From positions 3,003,584-3,067,583 of the forward strand of contig NW_003526944.1 in NCBI RefSeq assembly GCF_000181795.1: a DNA stretch of 64,000 bases. Reading direction: 5' to 3'. The position numbers were made by a program, and so were the translations under genes. The notes under the pieces are model-generated. The model worked only from the letters and a program-made list of their open reading frames with translations, searched no databases and was not told the DNA's origin. This document shows, piece after piece, positions 1 to 10,913 of the stretch (within the stretch, counting starts at the first letter, position 1; each line of letters starts with the position of its first letter). This DNA is from Trichinella spiralis (lineage: Eukaryota).

Positions 1-109
1 ACAATCAAACAATCGACACTTTATTTTCAACAGCATCATCTCATAACAGTGTTTTATTAAAACAAATAAAATTACAAATGACATCTAACTTTACGGTAAA
101 TGATCAACA

Positions 110-1058
110 TCAAACATTTCCTATAATTGCACGACCAATTTTGAAGGCAGCACCAATAATTATCACAAAGTACAAAAATTTGATCTGGTTCTGGCACTTT
201 TCGACACGCGCTTCTAATTCAGTTATCTTTGCAGAGCGGTTGTTCAACTTTACAAAAGGAGCAACGCTTGTAGCAATTTGGTCAGGCATTCCTTCTCTAC
301 AAATGAATTAAACAATTCAATGCGAAGCCAGAAATGAACCTTAGTTTAACTGACAAATTTAAATACAAAACCAACAGAATAACAAAGTTCGTTAGCAATA
401 ATTTACAGAAATAAAAAAAAATAGATGCAAAAAACTTACTGGCTCTGCGACGCAGGATCCACTGTGGTAGTAGTCGCTTTTGATTCAGAAAGAGCAGTCA
501 ATTCTTCTTGAATCCCCTCGCTATCGCCAGTAATGTCATGAAGACGATTTTCGGCAGTAATATGAGCTGGCATTACACAACACGGTTCATCAATGTCTTT
601 AGAAACGGAATACAACTTATTATCAACTGCAAATTCCAAAGGTGTTGTGCGTTTTTCAGCAACCGATTTTCCACATAAAAATGAAAATAATTATGAAAAT
701 TCAGATTAAAAACGAAGAAATGTAACACGAACTGTAGACTTGCAAAAATCACAAATTTGCAAGCTTGCTTAATTCATGAAATATTCTATTGGAGGTGTGT
801 ATCTGCGCTGACTGTCGCCAGTGCATTCTTAAACCTCCAACTAATAATAAATACTGTGCTACTTATAATAAACATAAATATAAAGTACACAAAAATAATT
901 TTGTAAATAAGAAAAAACATACCAACAATTACCAATCTCTCCGGAACTTTCATGCTTCCTACAATTAAAGTTTCCCTGTCATCCGTAGAAATACCATGAT
1001 GACCCACTGGGAATCGCTGAGATAATTCTAGTTTGTCACAACCAAAACCGCCCTCCAT
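110..1058 (-). CDS. mff: Mitochondrial fission factor (Mff/Tango11)-like tail-anchored protein, multi-exon
   Basis: Exon 1 (~923-1058) encodes MEGG...SMKVPERLVIV, which resembles the Mff N-terminal VPERIVVAG repeat. The exon ending at 440 (donor gtaagt) splices in frame to the last exon 110-296, EGMPDQ...KITELEARVEKCQNQIKFLYFVIIIGAAFKIGRAIIGNV*: a coiled coil followed by a C-terminal TM anchor. The middle exon junctions are not fully resolved. Confidence 0.6.
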
Positions 1059-2456
1059 CACGCAACTGACAACAATAACAACTGAAATTCGAACATAAAG
1101 TTCAAGAATTACCGTAAAAAGATAATCAAGAACGTTGTTAAATTAGGTCATTATTTTTGAATGAATTTCTCAAACTTTATCATTTCTAAAATATTATTTT
1201 TTTTTATATTTAAATTATTTTTATATTTAATTTATTTACTTAATAATTCATGTAATTAATTTGTTTAATTTGTTTTTCGAACCGGTCATTTTATAATTCC
1301 TTTCATGGTTATTGTCTTTTAGCATGCAGAACATGGCAAAAATAGCCAGCGTTAGTTTTGCATACTTTATGCTATTTATTAATCACACATTCGTAAGATA
1401 GTACCGTATGTAGTGGCAAAAATAGTCGAAGACTGAATAGACAGAAAGTTAGAATAACAAACTTTATCAATTATATTGAGCATAATTAAGTAAAATTAAG
1501 CATTAAATTTTAAAATTAAAAAATGTAGCACCGCATACTTGAAATTAAGTACTTACTGATTTATTCTTCCAACAGCTGTTAGTTAATTGGCTTAGAAAGC
1601 TTAAACAATACACTTTAACAATATGTAAAATGTATTTTTTTAATGCAAATACAAACATTTTTATAATCTGAATAGCTATAACTGAACTGCATTTTCAAAT
1701 TATAATCCTTTATGAACCTGTTATTATTATTGCCAAACGCTCTTTTTGTAGGAACTGTTTTATACGTAGACAACGCACAATGTGTAAATTAATTTAAAAA
1801 TTTGATTAAAAAATTTTTAATTAATTTAAAATTAAATTAAAATAGCTCTTTTGCATTTTATTCAAAACAATGTAAATGTTAACAAAATCAACTTGAGTTT
1901 CACTCTCGTATATTACTGTAGATTTCTGTGGAATGTTAAAAGTATATTATAAGAAGTTATGTTTGTTAACTTATTATATTTCATTTTTTGATAAAATCAA
2001 AATAATTATGTTAAATGTATATGATGTTGGTATATCTGTATCAGTTTAAAAGAAATATTTTGGGTTTGGGGTTTGTTTACATATTGTGTTATGGAAAAGT
2101 TGTTTTGTTATGAGCATTTTTTCTTTTGATTATAATTTAAAGTTTATTAGTTTACGAATTGTTTTTGTTTTATCTTTATGAAACATTATTGACAGATTTA
2201 GATAATAATAATTTTAGATAGTGCAGTTAGAGGTTTTTATTTCTTGAAAAAAATACATTAATCTACTTTGACCTTTGTTTCACCAATCGGCAAATTTTGC
2301 TCATGAAATTGAATGAAGCAGTAAAACATTAAATGTTAGGTATTTGTAATAATTAATTCTTGTTTTATTTATTTCATGCAATTCGTTTGTGCACACTTTT
2401 CATCTTTTACTTTAAGCTTTCTATTTTATTTTATTTCTATTTTAAGGAAGTTGGCA

Positions 2457-5400
2457 ATGCTTTCAAAAATCGGTTTGCCAGTTTCCGTATTGACACATAC
2501 AGATGAACCGAATTTCGGTAATTTGGTCATATTTTATAGCGACTGTTAATATTATTAATATTATATTTATAGGCTTAAAGGGAATTCAAAATTTAGGAAA
2601 CACGTGTTATCTAAATGCTGCTGTTCAGGCATTATCCAATTGTCCACCTTTGACAGAATATATGCGCCACTGCTCTTTACCATGCAGTTCTTCACCTGAT
2701 GGAAACCGAAGAAATAAACTTGCCTCTGAATTTCAAAAATTAATTGATACTTTATGGGATGATGAGTATGAAAACATGCTTTCTCCAATTTTTTTTGTTG
2801 ACGCTGTGCTAGCATGTAATCCACATTTTCGACTTTTTCAACAGCAGGTATAGTTGATGTTTCTTTTGTTTACAGTCTGAAATATACTTAATGCCTGCTG
2901 TTATTTTTCACAACTTATATGCATATTTATTTGGTTTAAATTGCACACTGTTTAAATTTAAATTAAGTTTCTTAAAGTATAACGTTGATTTTAACATCAT
3001 TGTGAAATATAACCGCTTGATTAAACATGCAAAATGTTGGAAAGTGCAGAATATTATACACTATTTTTTAGAACTGATAATGAGATTGTTTGATTAACTG
3101 TTTTTATCACAGGATACTCAGGAATTTTTGCGATTCTTGCTTAACGAGTTACACGAGCAGTTAAAGCGTCCGGTGTATAAATGGGAACATCGTCTTCTGA
3201 AAACTCGGAATCATCATGAAATGTTAAAAAACAACACACACGGGTACTTTAATTACAATTTATTTATGTACAGAAAATATGTGTATAGCTAAATATTTTT
3301 CAATTATTAAGGTATGACAGTGACAGCAGTATGAGTAGTTGCAGTTCTTTTGTCAGCTGTGTGTCAGCCGGATCGGATAACGTAAAGTTATTGCAATCAA
3401 CAATACAATATTACTTTTTATTTGGGAAAATTTTATTTTTAGTTAGATTGTGAAAAGAATGGTATCAGCAGCGATACGGATGATGCGTCTTCTTACAACA
3501 GCACGGCTGAGTTAATGGAAGGCAGTGACAATTTTGTTGCTGAAGAAGAGGTTTTGAATAAAGAATGTAATAAATGGCATTTATTTTATCAATTTATTTG
3601 AGTCTTTTATAATGCAATTTCAGTTCTATTGCGCAAGCCAGTTCGATACAACAGCATTATAAGTGATATTTTCTCTGGCCAACTCGTCACTTCTATCACA
3701 TGCTTACGTTGCAAGAGTGTTCGTTTCTAGTTAAAGAATATTCCTTAATCGTTGAATTAAATTTTGTTTTATTGTTCAAGGTATCCCATAATAAAGAGAT
3801 ATTTCAAGATATTTCGTTATCTATTCCCAATCTGGAGCAGTTAGTACTGATGCAAAATGCTAGTATTAATGGTAATGAATACGTTTCACCATCGTCAATT
3901 GCAAATCAGAGCTGGCTTTCATGGTTAACATTACGCTTTAAAGAGTAAATTCCTTGATTCATTACTTTGAAGAATCCAACGTTTGTCTAAATACTTAGTT
4001 TCAAACACGTGTTTTTCGATTTCAGATATATCTCACGCATGGATCTAACGCTAAGCGATTGCTTGAAATTATTCTTCTCTCCAGAAGATCTCAGAGGTGA
4101 TGATATGTATCGTTGTGATCGCTGTAAAAGGTAATCGTGCTAGTATATAGCTCGGTGTATTAATATGGATATTGAAAAAATTGTATATTTTTGAGAACTT
4201 TTTTCTTTCTCTTTCCTAAGGATGAAATTATTGAATTTTACACTTTCAGCAGTTTATACATACATTATTATATTTTAGTTTGCAACCAGGGGTGAAAATC
4301 TGCCGCCTGCTCAAAACACCTCAGGTAACAGATAACTGTTTTTCCATTTAGTTGATATTCAGTTTTACTTTTTCAGATACTTTGTATTCATATTAAACGT
4401 TTTCGCCACGAAGCATCGTCTAGCTTTAAACTCAACAATCGCATAGGCTTTCCTCTGGAAGGACTTGATCTCAGCGATTTTGTTCAAGGTGAAGAAATTT
4501 AAATGTTTATTATATATTTAAAATTTTTTAGAAAGAATTTTCCTTCATTCCAGGTCGCTCAAGTGACTTGCACACCTACAACTTAGTAGCTGTAATATCA
4601 CATTCTGGCCATGCAGATGGTCAGTCAGTTTAATAATGTTTATAATTATTAGCATTTTGTCATCATTTATACTTAGGTGGACATTATGTTTCTTACTGTA
4701 TGAATCATTCAAATTATCGATGGTATTTATTCGATGATGAAACAGTGACAGCTGTTGATCCATGTACAGTTGAAAATGTAGAAGCTTATGTGTTATTTTA
4801 TGAAAAGACATCGAACACAATAGGATTTGTTCGAGAACAAGCAAGTGCACTTTTCGAAAATTCTCATCTACTGGTAATAATTTTAATATTTTACAAAATA
4901 TTTCAAAATTTAATTTCATTTTGTTATTTAGTCACCTGTCGAAACATCATTTTATTACATTAGCATGGAATGGGTGATTCGTTTGTCAACGTTTGCTGAA
5001 CCAGGTCCAGTGAACAATTATTCATTCTTGTGTCGACATGGGCGTAATAATAATTGTTGAAAACAATCCAACAATGCAGATGTATTAAAAAAACTTTTAT
5101 CTTGTTTAGTTGTAAATGTGAAAAAGCTAAGCTCCATGCACAACTATTGCCTCAAACTGAGCCCGAGTCTTTGGAATTATCTTCGTGTCAAGTAAGAAGA
5201 TGTTGAATTTGAGGCAAAATTATAATTTCAAGTCTGTAGGTTCGGAGGTGGGCCAGTTTGTCGCCATCTAAAGCATTGCATTATTTGTTCCGCTTATCAG
5301 GAAGCGTTTGAATCTCGCCGTAAACATGAACTTTCAAAATTCTATCGCTATCAAAACGATGATGAATATTTCATTTCTAAATCAATAGCTGACGAGAATC

Positions 5401-5807
5401 ACGATTTTGCATCTTCATCGCGTTTGATTTGTACCAAATGGTTGCGTCGATGGAAAGCATTTGTTTTTGCCGAAACAGATGGTATATAGTGTTATTTTTA
5501 TTCAAATTCATCAATTAATTAGTCGGTTGAGTGGAATTGCTGTTGCAGAATTGCCGGGTCCTATAGACAACAGTTGCATGGTTCCCGTCCCTTTGCGCAA
5601 CGGATCTGCGAAGACAATCAGCATAGAAGTGTCGGATTTGTTACCAAGTAAAACGATACGTTGTTGTGGTCAATTAATTGTGCATGAATTAATTTTGGTT
5701 TCCATTCAGATTTATGTTTCTGTTGCATAAACAACGATACCTGGCGCGATTTGATTTCCATTTACGGCGGTGGTCCTGAAATTTGTTGCCAAAATAAAGA
5801 ACTTTAG
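2457..5807 (+). CDS. Ubiquitin carboxyl-terminal hydrolase, USP20/USP33 family (peptidase C19 plus two DUSP domains), about 16 exons
   Basis: Spliced translation shows the Cys box [61 protein letters not shown] and the His box [17 protein letters not shown]...WYLFDD. The DUSP motifs [28 protein letters not shown] and YGGGPEI are characteristic of USP20/33. ATG at 2457, stop TAG at 5805-5807. Confidence 0.9.
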
Positions 5808-7394
5808 CAAATTAAAAGCCGCACTGTTTACGTTGTTTACTGTTTGATCACCGTCAGTGGACCCTCACTGCGTTGCCAATGAACCAAATAACCTTAAGTG
5901 ATGCTGTTGGGCGTTGTTCAATGTTTTACGCTAATTGTTAAGCACTGAAGGTTCATGATAAAATATAAACCAGAATTGTTAATCTTATGAAAGATTTTGT
6001 TTGCATTCATGTTGGCTGTTGTTACGTTGATTGTTGTGTAAGCCACTGAAATTAAAAAGCTATTCAATCTATTTACCCTTTTGAAAAATGCACTATGCTT
6101 GCCAAGGTGAAAATTTTGCCCACAGTTGAAGCTTTCGCTTTCACTTCAAGACCACAAGTAAACGTTCGTGTTTAGTTTTTGAAAATTCGAATCATGACCA
6201 AAGAAAAACTCATTTAACTAAAAATCAATTTCTCAAACTGATATACACTTTTCTCAAATGATTTATGTTACATACGAATATGCAAATTTTTCTGGTTGAA
6301 AATGAAATGAAAGAATGTTTAATGAGTATTTTCAACATCTAATCTGTACTGAACAGATTCATTTGACATCAGCGATTCTTTTTGCATGATCATTTGGATT
6401 TGATCAGAGGGTTAGTATGCTAATGATTGCTATTCATAATTTCGATATGATAGATGGACAAAGGATTATTGTTTGCTTGAACTCGATATTGAAATACTGA
6501 TGAACAAATCAACCCTCGTGCACTAATCATGTTCGAATATTTTCTGAAATTTAATCTAACAACGAATGATCTCAGTAAATACATTTCAGCGCAACAGCTC
6601 GGCTCAAGTTTACATAGCAAAACAGAGCACCATTGATATGCAAAATTGCAACGCACTAACAAGCACTTATAACATACTCACATTAAGAGGATGAATTGGA
6701 CAGAAATTTTTTACATCATAATCATCAAATCCTCACTGATGGATTAGATGATTTCAAACCTAATGCTATTTCAGCATTTAATTACCTCAAATTATGACGT
6801 CATTCATTGCCGAATAAATCTCAACAACACTGAACGCAAATAAGCCTAATATGATGATAATACACAAGGTAACAAAAACAGTACAACAAAAAACACAATG
6901 AAATGTAGTATTTAATATATAAAGCTTACCTGGGAATGGTTGAAACAATTGCCGTTGACTTTTTGATATTATCGAACTTGTGGCTTACACGCAAACCAAT
7001 TCAGGTGCGTCATTACAAATGATGTTCAAGCACAGATCTACAGTACGATGCCAACCAATGTTCACAAGAAACTTTTTTTACGCTTATTATTTTTTATTAT
7101 TTTGAACGTTTTTTGTATACTTGAGAAGAGCATTCACAATACTGTTCAGTTATTGAAAATAATTATTAAGTTTATTTAATTTTTAATGCTTTTAACAGGA
7201 GAAATGCTTTACAAAACAGTCACAAATGAATATGACATAGTGACATGTTTTAATTAATTGAACAAATTAAAGTTTTGGGTTGATTGTAAAATACAGAAAT
7301 GTAAATTAAAGTTTTTGATAATCTACTGGAACAATTTCCAAAAATAATGCATAATGAAGGTTACAAAAAATGTTCAAATATTAAATAGAAAATT

Positions 7395-8517
7395 TTAAGT
7401 TTCTTTTTCTCTGCTTTCACTGTTCGCAACGTGTGGCATCATATTATGAACCGGTGCGGCGAGTGTCATTTGATGCAAGTCACCCTGTGGCTCCCAGTCA
7501 AGCGGCATGTCAAAGTTGTAATCATTTCTGCGAAACACTGTCATCAACATTTGATAAATATATGCATAATTTGGACAATCCGTGTAGCCGAGGAGATTCA
7601 AATGCACAATAATGGCACGAAATTCACTCGGCAAGCCTGTCATCAGTAAATCAGGATTTTCCATTATTTTTTGTTTGGATTCACTGAATGCATTTCGACG
7701 CTCTAGGAAGGACATCTGGCGGGTGAGTTTCACATGATTCCAAGGCAAAGTTCCAGTCATCATATAAATTATGGTAAATAGCCAAGACCAGACATCGTCT
7801 CGGCGTGATTGTTCTTCACCTTTGAGCGAAAGGTGGCTAGCAAAATACAGAGTACCTCGGAAGCAGGTATTTGAACGCGCTCTCTTGTGAGTGCCGTCGT
7901 CGCGGATATATTTTCGACACATTCCAAAGTCGAGCATGTAGACACTACGAAAGTCCGGGTCTCGCCCAATGGCATAATTGTGCGGCTTGATATCCCGATG
8001 CAAATAGCCAATAAAATGCAAATCCTCCAACGCTTGCAAACAACTAATTGCTAAATGAAGGCAACTTCTCAAAGAGAAGTACTTCTTCTTGCGCGGATTG
8101 TTTCCGCCAATGCTTTCCAGCAATGACATCAAACTTGGTCCAACTTCAGTCATCACAATGAAATTGTAGGATTCATTTCCACCAACTCCATACAAGTGGC
8201 AACAGTTTCTAGCTTTAATATTAGTCAGTTCTTTCAAGACTATTACTTCCATTTTCAAGGTACGAAAATCCTGCGAGTTCAGTTCAACCTAAACATTACA
8301 ATCGTCATAATTAATTTCAAAAAAAATGACAAATACAAAAACAACTGATAGTGTTGATTTTTAATTTGCATACTTTCATAGCTTGTTCTACATTCAAAAC
8401 GAGATCCGTAACTTCGTAAACGGCACCAAAACAACCAGCGCCCAGCACCTGTTTCACTTTCCATCGCTCATCAACAACTGCACCAATCTCCAATAACGTT
8501 GAGTCAACCGGCTTCAT
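7395..8517 (-). CDS. Tau-tubulin kinase / casein kinase 1 superfamily Ser/Thr kinase
   Basis: Exon 8374-8517 (LGAGCFGAVY...QAMK) joins exon 7395-8288 (VELNSQDFRTLKMEV...HRDIKPHN...LDFGMCRKY...FRGTLYFAS...SRRDDVWSW) through GT-AG intron 8289-8373. All catalytic motifs are intact. The frame stays open about 20 codons upstream of ATG 8517 to an AG near 8578, so the N-terminus may be longer. Confidence 0.9.
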
Positions 8518-10753
8518 TGCAGCTAAAAGGTGATCAAAATCAACTGCAATTTTACCCGGTGTCGATGAATTTATCCCCTTTAAACTCTTTTACTTTAAAA
8601 AGTTAAAAACTGATTTAAAAATTTTAAAATCAGCTCAACTTTAAATCTTTAAAATTAAGTTGAAAACAACAATAATCATTGCTTTTTTTAAATGCCAATT
8701 TATATTTGAAAACAACTGCTGTTAATTTGTATGACATGTGCTTGATAAGTGTTATTTGGTAAAAGCTTTTTTTATCGTGAGTGAATAAAAAGAATGGCTT
8801 TTGCCAAATAATTGATTCATTTGTTTTCATTCGCACTGTGACAATCATACTACGTGCGAGTAAATTTTATATGCATGCTATTTTTTTCCAATTTAATCCA
8901 TCACCTTCGAGCAAAAATTTCTCTTCGCTTATTGATTGCGCGTCATAAGTTTGTTTCCCCAGCACGTCTGCTTTTCCAACAGCTTATTATACGAAAAGCT
9001 GTCATTCACGTGATTTGGCATCAATTGATGCTCCACATCTTTGGTCAGCGATCGATTGAACACTCATTTACTTCTTCTCACTGACCGGATGGATATTTAA
9101 CTTCCTTGCCCATACTAGACATTTTCATGCGGCACTGGTTGCAAGAAATAATTTAACAAGACAAAAAACGGATGTCGATGGTTTTCTCCAATCGTATGCA
9201 AAAAAAAGGCATACGGTCAATTAGCTTTTGTTCAGATTATGGTCTTTGAATCGAATCGTTGAATATTTGGTCCACATGGTAGGGTAGATTAGTAATCAAC
9301 GCCATATCCAATTACCCAATGCTCAGACGGAGTGGAGGATTGGAGGGGTAAATAAATAAATAAATAATGTTTCGCGTGAAGCGCAGCTTGCTTGATCAAG
9401 CTTGTTGCTGCTGTTGTTGATGGCTTTGAGATTTAATGATCAATTTCAGTTTTGTGAGTGGGTTTTTGTTTCCATTTTGCATGTCGAAGAATAGAGTTGA
9501 AAACAGCAGCAGCTGCTAAAACCGTGCTTGGCTAAAGCTTCGTTTTAGTTGGTTAGTTTTGCTTGTGGCATGTGGCAAGAAGTGGAAGATGAAGACGAAG
9601 AAGAATAAGCAGAAGAGGAAGAAGAAGCAGAAGAGGAAGAAAGCGCAAACGTCAGTCAGTACTCAATCAGCATACTTAGCCATGGCTGCTATTTATTAAG
9701 CAGGCGTTCCTTTGACTGGCTGGCGACCCATTTCATTCATCACGCGGTATCGTTTGAAAAGCTTTTTGCAAATGGCTCTTCCTTTTTGCCAGAAGTTACT
9801 TACATGATGAAAAAAAGAATGCATGACGTAGTGTTGAAAAGAAGCAAATTTTCTTTGCCAACAAAGATACTTGGAAGTGATTTTTCAATTCTTACCTGCT
9901 CCACTGGTCTGCTTTGATATTTTTAAAACCACATATTTATTGTTCAATGTTTCATCGATGCAGATTATGATTATTACGATTGTTTACTGACTGTACAGTA
10001 CAGGTGAGCCTGATTATATTTAAAAATACATACATTCAAACAACAGTCCTTATCGTAATATAATATAATATAATATATGACAACATAATTATTAGCTAGT
10101 TTTCAGATCATCAATTTTTGTTAATGGGTTAAAGAAAAAGTAATGCACACACATTTCAATTTTAAAGTTGCATATTTTTCAATGAAGCTTCAAAACACAG
10201 TTTTTCTACTACTTTTTTTTGATGCTCAAAAAGTGAACAAACTGTGTTGTAACAATGCAAACATCAAATTTTGACGTGTAAAGAAGGATTATTTTCAACA
10301 TTTTTCTTTTCATACATGAATTGCGGCTTTTTGGGTGAAAAAAATCTTCAACTTGTGGGAATTGTAAAGATGGATAGAAGAAATATGATTGATTTTTATT
10401 CCCATATTGTTCAGATCACATTCAGGCAGTCGAATTTTACATTTTATGCTTCTTAGAATTTAATAGAATTTAGATTATGTTTGCTGATAAAAGTTTCATG
10501 AAAATGGTGGCTATTCGAGAAAGACAAGCTTTTTGGAAAGGCAATTTATATCCAATTTTGTTGAAGTTGCTTGAAGGCACTCGATTGTTACGTTTAATGT
10601 ATCTAATGTTTTAGTTTTAAATTTTGCAAATTGACAGAAGTTGCATTTGAACATAAAGTAACAATAGAATGAATTAACAGCGCGAAATAAATCAAGCTAA
10701 TAAACGACGCATTTTGTTTGACATTGAGTTAATGTATATATGTATATATATGG

Positions 10754-10788
10754 ATGTATGTATGTATGTATGTATGTATGTGTGTGTG
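10754..10788. repeat. (ATGT)n/(TG)n microsatellite; a second (TATG)n run lies at ~10861-10882
   Basis: Read directly from the sequence. Confidence 0.9.
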
Positions 10789-10913
10789 GTCGATGTTCGC
10801 TAGCATTTAAAGAAGTAATCTATATTATTGATTAAAGAGAATTTCTGCAAACGTTATACATATGTATGTATGTATGTATGTATCTATATGCATATGTATT
10901 ATTTTACAGACAG

